A stretch of 63,949 bases of DNA, counting the filler, from Conidiobolus incongruus B7586 (Eukaryota): assembly GCA_000697335.1 (NCBI GenBank). It is 6 parts of 6 records of this genome, joined end to end, with 100 filler letters (N's around TTAATTAATTAA, not from the genome) between each part and the next. Parts side by side here need not be neighbours in the genome. Positions count along the whole stretch, not along the records: positions 25,532 to 57,388 come from JNEM01006027.1; 5 more parts are not named here. The stretch is one strand, 5' to 3'. Position numbers and translations under genes: made by a program. Below the pieces are notes generated by a model that was not told the DNA's origin, made no database searches, and worked only from the letters and a program-made list of their open reading frames with translations. Positions 31,567-45,465 of the stretch are shown here, piece by piece. Position 1 is the stretch's first letter; every line of letters begins with the position of its first letter.

Positions 31567-34500
31567 TTACCAGAAAGAACACCTGAATCCAATGTTAATA
31601 TCAATTAAAACCAAAATAAGAAACTAACTTACCATCCAATATATAACTGACATAGATTCTCAATAGATGTAGCTTCTTGAATCAACTTGTCGACTTGCTG
31701 AGATACCTCAAGAACAGTATCTGGATCGAAATCTTTACCTGTCAACTTTTTCGATATCCTATCGATTACAGTTAATGCTCTCTCGTTCAAGATTTCGGGC
31801 TGGGGAGCGTCACCTTCAACGAGGTGCGAATCCAGATCCCTGGGGAGATGATCCACATCACTTTTGGTACTGGATGAAAAGAATGGATGTCCGCCCCAAT
31901 TGGCTCCGAGTGAATGTGGCGAGGGATCGTTGGAGTTTTTATTAACTGGACGCGTCAACAATCTCCAATTGATGAGAGGATCATAAACGAAAGCTTCTAG
32001 TACCGCCATCAAACTCTCCTTATTATCACGCAAAACTCGCATGACATTTTCGCAGGTGATACGGTAAGTACCCTCGATTCCACTGACTTCCATCGCGTTC
32101 GTCAGCATTCTTGTGAGTCGGAACGGGACGGTTTCGGGGAATTTGTCGCGATCTTTAGCCACTTCGAAACAGTCACCGAAATCTATATGCACGATCTTTC
32201 CCGAATTCTTGTTAATCATCAAGTTGGACGGGTGACGATCTCCCAACCCCAAAATGTAACCAACAATTGACATGGTTGCTAACGATCGCGTGTAGGTAGT
32301 TCTTCGATTTAGCCAAGCTTCCGAATTGCGACTCTTGAGCCATAGGACTCTTTCAAGATCTTGGCCGGTGGTATTATCGAGAGCATTTTCAAATACTTCC
32401 ACCTTTTGGAGTAAGCATAAAGAGTCATATTGCTGCCTATTTTGAGTCATCTGATTCATGATCTGTCTCTCAACATCAATTGGAATTTTTCGACCTTCTC
32501 TATACTCTTTAATGAGAGTGTGTAATGTATCGCAATTGGGAACCCATCCAATTAGACCAGAATTTGGAGATAGGGGAATCACGGGATATCGTTCAATATT
32601 CAATGTACGTTTAGAAGTCTCAGGATCCGTATTTAACAGTGTATTAACCAACCCAAACAGTTGCATAACCCTTTCATCCTGTCTCAAATCTTCGTGACCC
32701 TTTAGCAAATACTGATACTTGACACCGTTCGCTCCCAAGATTGTCAATTTACGAGGTCTCTGCTTCGATGTAATGACCGTAAGATTAGGTGAAAATCGTC
32801 GAATTTTAACTATTGGCTCGCCACTGCGATACGAACCAGGAATTGCCAAACTTAAATTGTTAGATTCCAACAGTTTTGGTGATACGTACTGTAATTCCAA
32901 ATTGGAGATTGGGGGCAGCATCTGCTTGATTTTTTGGAAGATTTGATAATATAGATCCCAAGCTTGGTGCAAGTGCATAATATTGTTGGTTTGTTTGTAG
33001 CTATGGCACCACTCTTTGGCTTCTTGGAGATCGCGGCCGAACGAAAGATTGAACGAGAGTTCGTTGATGGTTTCAGGGCCTTTCTCGATCATTGCATGTA
33101 ATGGATCTAACACACTTAACATCCCTTCAATGTTATTTTCCGCAAAATACAGCTTGGACGCTTCGTCGAGTCCTTCGTACCATAGTTCGTGCCATAGAAT
33201 TGCAACACGAATTAATTCTTGACTGACTACTAGAGCTTGCTCTATCAATTGCGAACTGTGGTGCTTCATATGGTGCATTAAAGAGAGTGCAGCCTCTTGT
33301 CGAGGTTCACTCGAGGATTTTGAAGCGACTACTACTGGGTAGACTAAAGCTTGAGGATGCGATTTTCCAATTTCAATTAATAACTGATGAATCGATCTAC
33401 GAATATGGTTGTTGGGAGTATGAATACGAGCAATTAGCTAAATAATAATATTAAGTAAACGTGATGAGTTCAGTAAGGAATTAAATACCTGAGGAATGAC
33501 TTGCAACCAAGTATCAATGCTAACAGCATTAAAACCTTCAACAATTGCGGAGTTCACTTCGACATTTCCACCATATTCGAACCAAAGTGTCAAAAGTCTG
33601 AGGGCATCTTGCAACGAACTTCTCTTTGATAATGCAATGGATTTAAAGAAACCTATATATTTTTAACATTTCAGATAAATATTAATTGATTAAGTAATAA
33701 TGATTGTATTACCTTGAACAGCAGTAATCACATGAAGGATTCTAACAGGCTCTGAAGTGGGTTTCTTTTTCAACTTGTAATAATTGGCCACCTCATAGTT
33801 AGCGAGTGCCCAAGAGTGCCATGCTTTATACCACTGTGAATCAAGTTTAGAGGCCATGAAATAGCTATGTAAAATGGTTGGTATAGTTTCCTAAAAAGGA
33901 GAATTAGACAGATGTATTTTCAATTAATGATTTACTTGCAGTTTGCCATTCCTTCTGCAGCAACACTTGCCACTTGGCATCCTTGAGATAAGATCTAGCG
34001 AGAAGTTTCAAATAGGTAGGATCAATAGCACTGGGGAGTTCGAATTCGATACTACCATCGGAATTGGGTGATGCTGAGCAAATTTCGTTCAACCCTAAAT
34101 ATGTACTCAACGTTTTCGTGAAGGTTTTCAATTCTTCCAAAGCTTCGATTTGGTCGCCCGTAGTCCATTTGTATTTGAGATTGGCGTATTTGATATGGGG
34201 GGATTCGTTATCAAATATCTAAAAAAACAATCAATATAATTTTGTATATTATATGAATATTAATTACCTCCAATCTAGAACATTTTTCATTTTCACCAAG
34301 TAATTTTAGAGTAGCTTCACACATCGGCAAATTACCGTGCTTCCTGCATAAGTTGGCGAACTTGATCCAAAGCTCCAAATTCTGACTCGGTTCAATGACT
34401 AAAGAACGAATAGATAGGATAGAATGCCACACTTTGACATTGCTTTCGCATCCTTTTAATCTAAATGAAATGCATTGGATGATTAATTTAAAAATGATGA

Positions 34501-37500
34501 TATATCATTTAACCTGTTAATCCAAGTTTGTAAAATATTCTTCTTTAACCTGTCATTGGAGGGATATTTCTTATATTGGATAATTTCTTCCAACTCTGAA
34601 AAAATTTGTACTCGGATCATCAATCTATAAATGAAATATTAATATAATAAATATATGTATATTAAATGATAATAGATTACGAATAAGCTTGATTATAAGA
34701 ATCACCAATAAGAGCGGTAAGTTCTGGATCCAACTGAATTCTAGCTTGACGAATGTTGAGCTCTGCCTTATCGAATCGATTATTATGAATATCGAATATG
34801 GATTTATACAGCAGAGTTTCCGACTGATCTTGATCCATCACCTGAATATACTTGTCCATGGAATCCCACTGACTCAAACCGAGCGATGCACCAATCACCA
34901 TGCCTGCAATCTTCTTCCTGTTAATATCGCTGGAAATCTCCCAAATTTCTTGCGACAATTTGTCAAGTTCGTCCCACTTCGCCAGAGCGTGGAGGCATCG
35001 CATTTTCCCCATGACTGCTTCCGTATTGTCGCCTTCAGTATCGATTTTCGCATTATATGCTTGTAAAGCGTGATCCCAACGCCCCAGCTTTTCGTACCAA
35101 CTCTCCTGGAGTTCCAAATCTTGGTGTTTTTGGGAGAATGTCAAAATTCCGATAGCAGAATCATGCTGTTGTAGCTGATTGTTAATACTGATCAGTTCTT
35201 CGATAATTTTGGGCGATGGATCCGAAATGAATTCGAGTTCTTTGTAGCGTAGTGCTTTAGCGTAGGAGTGGCATCGGCTCGAATAAACTCCCAACGTTCT
35301 AATGTCGATAGGCAGAGTTTTGTCGTCGTGTTCCATAAATTCGGCCAAATTTAGTAATAGATGGAGAATATCGTGTGGAATGTGGGGCGATGCCATCGCT
35401 GTTTCGAGTGATCTTACAAGCTCATCCTGATAATGATCTTGTAGTTCTGTCCAACATGATACAAATCCAATATTGAATAACTCCCTTGCGAGTGGGTGAT
35501 AAATGCTAGCAATCTCAACACATGCTCTGAGAGCATGTGAAGGCGATTCCTTCAGCAATTCCAGACTCAATCTGCGAATCCACTCTAACCAATCTTCCTT
35601 CGTGGATCTTTGGAATGCCTCCCACGCCTTTTTCAAATTTACTTGATTCACTGGGAGTTTTTTCATAGCGACTAAATTCATTGAAAGAGAATCGGAATGA
35701 ATAGCGTCCAAACTAAAAGTAAGCGATATATTATATACAATATCAACATTATTGTAATATAAATTGATTACCTATTATCATTCAATCCCGTAAATTCTCT
35801 AGTAACCGGTTCATTTCTCAATATTTTCGAAACCAAACTTTCGTAATTGAGATGTTGAATCCTATTACGAATCATCACCTGATTAATTAAGGGGACGAAT
35901 ACTGCATAATCCAAACTTAATTGACATGCTAATGCAATGAGAGCATCCATCGTCACAGCCCTTAATTCACCGTTAGGAATTGACAGGATTCTTGACAGAG
36001 GATGAATGATTGACGATGCGAGGTCAGAGCACTGAACAGATCGGCATAGTTTTGCGAGTGTTTGAATCGCTATGATTTTGACGTTAATGAAAATATCTTC
36101 GCGCTCCAATAGTTGAATGATTACTGGGATGATCATGTGGATATAATCTTGGGTGGTGGGACCCAATACCGATAAGGTTTGAAGAATCTTAATGGTGACT
36201 TCGTAATGTTCGGAAGTGTCGAATTCTAAAGTTTGCAGCATTTGGGGGAGAATTTCCGGATGATAAACTTTGAAATCTTCTTTTAGGGCGACGCAAATCA
36301 CTTCAATTAGTGAAATTAATACTAGTTTGACTTTGGTTGACGATGACCAGAAATCGTGAATCAAAGTTACAAATTCGTTCAAGTGGTTCCTAATATCATA
36401 TTTAACTATACTAACCAAAGTACAAAGTTGGTCTAAGTAAAATTCGTGCATTCCAGTTGGACTTGAGCGAATCACATTCAAATAAGCTGGTAAAATATAT
36501 GGCAGGAATTGGATGCATTTAATTCCTAGAGTTTTGAATAAACTCATAAATGCATCAATTACTAAGCGATGATGATTAACTAGTGAAGGATCTTTAACAA
36601 TTTTGAGTAATGAAGAAACAACAATCGTTGGATAATAATCTTCAGATGATGGATTCAATCCAATCAATAGCTGAGAAATATCAGGAACATCTGATTCGAT
36701 GGGCTTAGGCTCGCCAACTGCAGACTCCAGCGACGTGCGAGAGTTGGAAAGCTTATAAGGATCCAAAGCTCCAAGAATTCCCATCAACCTAATAGTTTCT
36801 TGTCTGACTTCGGAATTCTGTTCATTTGCCAAAATATTGGTGAGAGTTGGCATCAAATCGGGATAGTCAATCAATGGCTGAATCACATAACTGGTCCTGC
36901 TGGTGACATAGCAAAGTGTGATAATTGCATTTTTACGCTTAATAGATGACGTCACATCTTGAGCAGCTTCAATCATAATAGGAAAAATAGTATGGGTATA
37001 CTCTTCGAGATCTTTGCCTCCCACTCGGTACAGTTCTCCGATCGCTTTAATGACTGAACATGACACTGTGAGACTGGGATCTCGAATTTTACTGAGGAGA
37101 GCTTTGAGGATAGATTGGATGAAAGGAAATATTAAAGAATCTAAAGATCGGATCAGATGACCCAATAAAATCGCACTTTGTTTTTTGATCAAACTAAAAC
37201 ATAACATTAATATTGTGTTAGCTTGGCGTTGATTAGAATTGCTTACTTCACTTGAGAATACTCTAAATTTGTCAATAATTTAATCAGCTCCTTCCTGACA
37301 CAGGGAATGACAAATGTTGCATTCTTTTTGGATAGTCTCCCTATTAAAGAAATACTCGTCTCCCTGATAGGAAAGTATTCGTCATTGATAGTAACAAATA
37401 GAGATTTCAAATGGTTTGCTTGGGAGAGATAATTATCAAAAGAGGGACTTAAATTTAAAAGTACAGTGTGACGAATATGAGGATCTAAAAACCATTAGTA

Positions 37501-39808
37501 CAATACATATACTATTTAGGTCGGAAAGTTACCTGGATCGGATATACCAACCATCAGCAACTTGTTCAGAATCTCATTTATCAATTCGATAGAGTGAGCG
37601 GATTTCGACTCCCAAATGGGATCATTACCCATTAATTTACAACATGTTAAAGCGGCTGATTTTCGAATTGCGGAGTGAGGGTCTTCGAGGTAATGAATAA
37701 GGCATTCTCGAACAAAATCACTCAAGGAATGACCTATTTATCATACATCATTAATTTAATTGAATGTTTTTTGATTAATATTCTGATACCTGTAAAATCA
37801 AAAGTTCCCAAAGTTTCCAATGCCAATGTAATTATATCCGGATCATGCGTTTCTGAATTCTATCAAAGTGTCAATAAATATGAAGGCATAGTTAAAAGTG
37901 ATATTACTGGTAAATCTTTAATTGCTGGTGCTGAAGATAATGTTTTTCTATGGGTAGAAGCTGGTGAAACGTAAGGATTACCACTCATAGTGAGTGAAAT
38001 TAAATTCAATAATCTAGCTATTAAAAGATTGAATTAGATGAATTGAATTAGCCAGAAATCTATTTACCTTGGACCACTGGCAAAATAAATGGCACATTTT
38101 TGGATAAGTCGTTCAAAGCTTGACACAAAGATGGGGTCAATCCATGAATCAAAGTCAAATCCACCAATTCTTGAGCATGTTTTGCGAGATTAGCGCCAAC
38201 TGAAATGGACAACATACTTATACATTGGAAAACTTGAGGTTCTACAATCGTCTTTCCTTTTCTAAAGGAAAGTTAAAAATATGAATTAAATGGATATATA
38301 AGGTTACATTTTAACATTTAGGGCATCTTTAATTCTAGATACGATAGAATCAACGAATGGTGAAATTCTTGGACCGATTGCTAACGAAATTTTACCAATG
38401 CTTAAAAATGCTAAATACCATTAATTAACAGAAATATCATAATAAAGTGTAGCTAAACTCACCAACTGCACGTTCTTTCTCCTTCTGCAACTGACCCATT
38501 AAATGAAGGAAAACCTTTTGAAGATATAACGATGAAAATTCGGAGGGATCGTAGTATGCTAGAGATGGAAAGGTTAAAACCACGGATTTTCGAATTAAAC
38601 TATCTTTGTGATCTTTGTATTTTAATAGGATATCCGCTACATCTTGGAATCTGTCATTCATAAACTAAAGAAATGAATGAATATTAACAGGTTTAAAGCT
38701 ATATCAATAATATTACATCGCCAGTATGTGTCAATAACTCTTTAATAGCTAATAATGAACCGTGGATGGATTCAACGGAATTAAATTTCAGTCCTTTGAT
38801 CATCTCTTCCCAAGTTCTGGAATACCAGTTAAATTGCATGGGACTGTCCCTCTGAAGAATGATTTTGAGGCCAGAATCCAGTGCTTCGGCTGCATTTTCT
38901 CTGATACTAATCTAAATTAAATATATTTAGATAGTGACATGAATTTAAAATTTGGAGTTTATAATTACTTTGATATCTCTTAAAGCAACCCAAATCAACT
39001 GAAGAAATTGAGTCACATAACCATACATTAGTGTAGGGGCATTTTGACATAATGTTTTAAGAATTAATATGGCAGCTAAACGTTTAACTTCGTTTCTATC
39101 GCCTATAATTCAATGATTAACATATCCTAATGACTATCAATATTAATTATTTTACCATGAAGCCATTCGAAAGACCTCTTCACTTCGGATTCTACCAATT
39201 CCGATGTAAAAGAACCTCCAGGAACGACCAATTTCCCTTGATATTAAATTAATAAATTGGGTCAATTTTATAATACTAAGTAATACCTAAAATCTTAACT
39301 GCAATAAACATAATATGAGTATCGTTATTGGGCAACGCATTCCTCAAACACGTCGAAATTTGGGTCCTTTTAGCGTAACTACCCTCAGTATCGCCGTCCG
39401 TCAAACGATCTAAAACCATCTATATTAACAAACTCAATCAATACCTAATTTGAATTTAATACCTAACGCAGCCAAAGCGCCCAATTTCTCGTAAATTTCG
39501 ACACCTTTCAACATTTCGCCTAACTTGGAGTAAACCTCCTTAACGATCTTGCTAAGAGTGTCACCTGTGAGCTCTTTGGATACTTCTTCGAACTAATTTC
39601 AAATTAATATATTTATCAAATTATTTTAAACTATTTATTGTTACTTTATATTTTAATGCGTCAGCAGCGGAATTTCGTATAGCTTCATGTCTTTCATAAT
39701 TATTAATAACAAAAGTAAATACTAGCAGTATATAAATTAAAGCGGTTACCTAGATTTTAAATCTTGAAAAATTTTATTAAATATATCGGAATATTTAGTA
39801 AAATTCAT
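31567..39808 (-). CDS. TOR: Serine/threonine kinase TOR (HEAT, FAT, FRB, kinase, FATC); roughly 20 introns
   Basis: [13 protein letters not shown]...[60 protein letters not shown]. Start [10 protein letters not shown] at 39808. Confidence 0.98.
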
Positions 39809-40411
39809 ACTTCTTTGAAATTAATCAACTATCATAAATATTATTATTTTAGAGTAAATATCTTTTCGAATATAATTAAAATTAATTAAATTAACTAGTT
39901 AGCCTTATTTTAGAAAATTATTGAATCGTTGATATATTTATAAATTTAAATTGTATTCAATGATTATTGTTTTTTGTTCACTGTCACAAACCTTAATTTA
40001 AATTTCTGGGTTTGATATAAAGTTGATTATGGGATGACTATGATCCTTTTTAATTCAAAAAATTTTTACTAAAATAAAGAATACCAAATTCAATAAGGTA
40101 ATTGATATAATAGACTCATTCGAATTATATTTGTATTATAATTATCAATTTAATGAGCATATTAACATATATTTAGATAACCGTATTAGAATTTAAAAAG
40201 TATTCATTTTAGGTTAAAATTTAGTGGGAAACGAATTGAATGGGTTGTGTTGAATTGAATTAATAAACATCAGGGGATCAAAGATTAACAGAATATGAAA
40301 ATAATATAATGCATAGTCTATTTACATATTTTTGAAAAAGTTATTGATTCAAAAATATTCTATAATTATTAACATATATAAAATGTTTAAAACCTATGCA
40401 TATCATACACG

Positions 40412-41113
40412 CTACTTATTATTTTCCTTAATCCAATCAGCCAACTCCCCCAAACATTTTAAACGATCGTCCCTAGAATATTAAGATACTTTGCCATTAG
40501 TGGATGGTGTTACGAACATCCTAGCACTTTCAATATCCTCTATGCTATCAATTTAAAAACTCATAGTAATAGGTTTCCTCATATCTTGAAAGAAATGCCG
40601 ATAAATTTGAATTCCTGAAAACTAACATGCTTTCAGTCTGTACCTGAGGATTGGCGCTCTTTTAAGTTCGGTTGATGATACATTGTCCATTCCGGGAGTT
40701 GAACAAGATGCCAAGTTTGTGAAGCCATACCATAGTTGGTTAAGAGTAATTCGTCGCCCTTGTATGTCAGTTTTGTACTCACGAATCCAGATTGAAAAAG
40801 TAGTGGCTAGAGTAAATTGTTGAGATTGCGAGCTTTGAACACCTGGATTCACTTCAATAAATAGTATGAGCATGATGTCGTTGAGTAAATCCGGTATAGG
40901 TAATAAATTGTCATAGGTTCGCTTTTTATTACCACTTTTAATTCTCTTATTGGAGTCATTTTTAAACTTGGTCTTATTTAAAAGTGATATAGCTTTAACT
41001 GTTGTTTTAACAGAATCCTTCATTAAATCATTTCTACCAGACCTAAATTTTTTAAAATTTTCAATAGAATCACCATTATTATTGTTATTATTAATATTAT
41101 CTGATTCATACAT
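40412..41113 (-). pseudogene. G/T(U) mismatch-specific DNA glycosylase (TDG/Mug/Thp1) pseudogene
   Basis: Frame-switching pieces PIPDLL...ILFIEVNPG, QSGFVSTKLTYKGDELLLTNYG, GFTNLASCSTPG..VSSTELK, C*FSGIQIY and MFVTPSTNGKVS*YSRDDRLK align to TDG motifs. Frameshifts, in-frame stops and loss of the H(H/Y)A.P.N.FW block. Confidence 0.8.
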
Positions 41114-41239
41114 ACTGTTAATAATTTTATGTTATTTTGATATACAATAAGAGATTTATTTATATTTTAAAAATATGGTCTTAAAGATCAGAGTTGAAGT
41201 TTTTAGGCCAACTGAGTGCCCATCACACCCGTCCAAAAT

Positions 41240-41830
41240 TAAAATATAGACCAGTGATATTTGCCATCACAGGTAATCTCGCAATACTTACACTCCCCTG
41301 CACGTGCATACTCTTACCCAACTGTTATACACGACCCCGGTTTGCATGCTATGACAATATGCTCCTGCCCGTGCCTTACGTCTATGCCTTTGTGCTCACT
41401 GCCCAAAGAACTAGGTTGAGGTTCGTGGGGATATATATATCTCTCTACAACCCTACATTCGGTGCCGAAATCGATGCTCTTGTATCGTCTACCATCCGTC
41501 TTAACGAAATTGTTCCCCCTTCTTGCTGGATCCAAGTCTTCACCGTAAAATAGCTTTAGATTTTCAGCCAGACAGATGATAACAAAGACCTCGCCTAATT
41601 CCAGTCTCTCTGCATGATGCTCTACCCTCTCCTTCATCCATTTCTTTTACTTTGATTATACTATCCTCATTTTTTTAATAAGTGACTTGAATGAAGAAGA
41701 TTTTTATTAGACCTAAGGGCGAATAAAAGCGATATTTTGGAGAGTGTATTGATCCGTAATTTGTGGGATCCACCCAAAGATACGGTTCCATAGTTAAGGG
41801 TTTTGTTTGTATTGGGAGTTATTAGGGATA
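41240..41830 (-). pseudogene. Possible highly degenerate protein-kinase remnant
   Basis: Minus-strand pieces in kinase order: NYGTVSLG (Gly loop), NKNLLH, LAENLKLFY..NNFV (catalytic loop decayed), YKSIDFG, RYIYPHE, KGIDV. GC-richer than the flanks; contains stops. Confidence 0.3.
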
Positions 41831-42136
41831 AAGTAATAACAGTATACTCAAGAGTGGGAGGGGATTGTAAATGGTATTATGGGATATGGAATGGTGTTAG
41901 CAGTCTAAGTACTTACTAAGGTCCTAAGTGACTTGAATAAAATTAAAATTATAATAATTGTAAATGTTATCTTTTTTATTATGGGAATATTTTTTTGAAA
42001 TTCATTTTTATCAGATCTAATCAATTTTGGCAAATCCCATAATTATTTTAATCAGTTCTACTTCGTTAGCATATTTACAAAAGGTTAATATTATTATTTA
42101 ATAATTGATTAATTAAACAAAATTAATATAGAAAGG

Positions 42137-42729
42137 ATGTCATTAAATCAAAGAGTATTAAAAAGTTACAGAGACATTTTAAAAACAACTAAAAAAGTTT
42201 TTCAAAGTAAATAATATATGATATTATTTTGAAATTCTAACCATTAATCAATTTATTGTTTAGATGATACTCGTACTATACTAGGTAAACTAAATATTTA
42301 AAAAATATATATATTAACTAATGCTAATATTTGTCCTATTTAGCCGCTAGAAATCAAATTCGTTCGGAATTTTATAGATTGAAGGATGAAAAAGATAGTG
42401 AAAAGATTGAAGCTGTAATTAATATCATATAATTATATTTAAATAATATTAATAACTTTCCTAGGCTTTAAAATATTGCTCTGAAGTTAGGGAGACTCTA
42501 ATTAAAAATGTAGTACAAGCAACTCCCGTAGATAATTATAACGATCCTTACGCATATAGTAATCATTATATATATAAAATTATATATGTTATATTAATAA
42601 TTTTGAATAGGAGTTCGTATACTTGATGAAACTGAAATTAATGATAATGAAACTATTAGACAAAAATCGAAATTTAAAAATAGACAACTTCCCAACGGTG
42701 AACCCGTTAAATGTTGTAGTTCTAAATAA
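42137..42729 (+). CDS. MZM1: Mitochondrial LYR-motif protein Mzm1/LYRM7 (complex III assembly); 5 exons including a 21-nt exon at 42264-42284
   Basis: Spliced: MSLNQRVLKSYRDILKTTKKVFQNDTRTILAARNQIRSEF...EVRETLIKNVVQA...YRVRILDETEINDNETIR...CCSSK*. Absent from the ORF track. Confidence 0.9.
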
Positions 42730-43607
42730 TTTTTTAATTTATTATTTATTGTTTAATAAAAATTCAAGGGTTAAAGAAAATTATATTATGATTTAGAAAA
42801 TAGATTCTATAAATCGATTAATAAATTGTTATCATTGAGTTGTATTAAGGTAAATAAGCATGTCTCAATTTTAGATATATTTTTTCATATTATTGGAATT
42901 GTTTAATTAATTTATATATATTAATAGACAATTATAAAATGATTCACTATAAGCTTATATAAGTTTAATTGATTTGATGAAATTTATTATATGGATTGGC
43001 CTTAAAAATATATTGTTTTTTTTAAATTATCAATAGTATTAAAAACAATGTGAATTTTAAAATGCTCTAAATTATTGCAAAGAATATTGAAATTTTAATT
43101 TTGGGTTAATTTATTTCATACAGTTAATTTCATTAATTTGCAATGATTTTAGAATTGAATTTTAATTTTTTGATAATAATTAATAGACTGATTATAGATT
43201 CTTTCTTATATATTTATTTGTTTGTATCAGCATTATATATTTTTTGTCAAAATTTATTATTTGCAATCACTCTAATTATTGAACCCGTGATACTGTTAAT
43301 ATATAATTCAATCGCATAGTTTATCTATTTGTCTCATTCGGTTGCTTTATACTAAATTCAATCCAACACTAACGATATATAATAATATAAATTAATTAGT
43401 ATATATCATGAATGATTCTGGCTTTTGAATTGACTATTATTTTATATAATATTTCTTGTTAATAATTATTGATTACAAAATGTTTAACTGATTAGCATAA
43501 ATAAACTATAATTAATCCCACAATCTAATTCTTTGAAATAATATTTTTAAAATCCCAAATATATCTGTCTCGCAAAAATCATCACATTAATATCAACCAT
43601 CCCAAAA

Positions 43608-44470
43608 ATGGTACAAGTATATTTGGAATTAACTATTGGGGATTTTGAAGGCTACAAAGCTAGTTTAAAACAATACGAGCTAGGTTTAGAATTTTTAAGA
43701 ACTAAAGCAAAATGGATCTATGACGACACTGAAGATGTTGAAGGTGTTAAAGTTTTTAACGAAGAACAGATAGCTACTCTAAATTCGATGGTGGAATCGG
43801 ACGCGGGATTTAAGAATAAGGTAACCCTTATATCAATAAACTTAATAAAATTAATTCAATTTTTCTAGGGTGACTTATTATTCAACAAACCCAAAGAATT
43901 ACTCAAACGCAAATTGGTGTTTGAACTGTTTTCAGACTGTCCCAAGACCAGTGATAATTTCAAACACCTATGCCTGGGAGATAAGGGCTTATCCAAATCA
44001 GCTAAAAAACCTCTCCACTATTTGAATACCAAATGTTTTAGGTTGGTCCCCAGCTATATTTTACAGGGAGGTGATGTCACTAGAGGTAATGTTTGCAATA
44101 TATATTCTGGTAGATCAATGAATTAATCAAACGAATAGGCGATGGATCAGGAGGTGACTCTATCTACAATGGAAAATTCAACGACGAAAAACCTGGTCTC
44201 AAGAAAGAATTCGACCAGTTCGGATTGTTAGCCATGGCCAACTCTGGCAAGAATTCCAATACCTCCCAATTCTTTATCACCCTACCCAAACCTGGACTCA
44301 AATCATCAGCTGAGATTCAACAGCATTTTTCTAAGTTGAAGGGGAAGTATGTGGTGTTTGGTAAGTTGGTTAATCCAATCGAGGATTTGAATGTTTTTAA
44401 CGATATTGCTGTGAATGGAGAGACTCCCAAGGAGGAGATTACGATATCGGACTGTGGTGTAATTAATTAG
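43608..44470 (+). CDS. Cyclophilin-type peptidyl-prolyl isomerase, divergent, with N-terminal insertion; 2 introns
   Basis: LVFELF..CPKTSDNFKHLC.G, QGGDVTRGDGSGGDSIY, LAMANSGKNSNTSQFFIT, GKYVVFG. Confidence 0.92.
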
Positions 44471-44748
44471 TTATTTAATTATATCCACAAACAAAATAAA
44501 ATCTATTTGAAATTAATTAATATATAAATAATATAAAAATATGTAATTCATGCTTATTCTAATTTCTAAAATTTCATTAATTAACAATATTGACAAAAAT
44601 TAATAAATCCAACCATAAAAATATCAAAGATTAAATAAAAGAGATAAAATATATTGTAAAGTAGTAAGCTTATGATCGAATATTAATATGAATGAGAAAT
44701 TATTATAAATACAGTAAAGTTGAGAAAATGACGATAATAATTTAAAAA

Positions 44749-44821
44749 TGCTATCGCCCGGGATCGAACCGAGGACCTTCTGCGTGTAAAGCAGATGTGA
44801 TAACCACTACACAACGACAGC
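44749..44821 (-). tRNA. tRNA-Val (TAC), identical to the copy at 9356-9428
   Basis: Exact reverse complement of 9356-9428. Confidence 0.96.
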
Positions 44822-45342
44822 TTATTTAGCCTTAATTTATTTAATATATATTACAAACTAATACTCTACACATTGATTTCATATTATATCTTTTTAATTT
44901 TTTTCTTTCTTTTCTCTATTCATCTATTATTCACTTATAATTTTTATACTTTCAAATTTCTTCACTAGGCTTATTATACAATTTTATCATTTCAGCACTA
45001 TCTTTATATTTTATCTAAATTTCTTTTTCTTTTTCTTTTTCCTTAACCTTTTGTCACGGTCTAAACTATTTCATCCATCTTATTTTATAATATGCCCATT
45101 TAATTATGTATTTTCCTCAATCAAAACCATTCGCTAATTCCAAATTTTGAATTATATTGTTTACTAAATTCCTCTGCATGAGATAGAATTATTTACCTTG
45201 CTTTATTTTATCAAAAATGTTTAAAATCATGGAATTTTCGATCCTTTTTTATATTAAATTTTGATATATGGTACTTTTTTTTATACTTTTCACTCTTATG
45301 TTGTACTTACTTTTAATTATCCAATTATTAATTTAATAGAAT

Positions 45343-45465
45343 ACGCGAAATATTTTTAACCAATCAATCATAAACAGAATTTTTTAACAGGTTATTAATA
45401 TCTCAAAATATTGATTAATAATCCAATCATAAAAATAATATATCGAATTTTAATTAAATTCGCGT
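45343..45465. promoter_or_regulatory. Two MCB/SCB/E2F-like CGCG boxes upstream of DNA ligase I
   Basis: ACGCGAAA at 45343-45350 and TTCGCGT at 45459-45465 in very AT-rich DNA, with several CCAAT boxes nearby. Confidence 0.5.
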
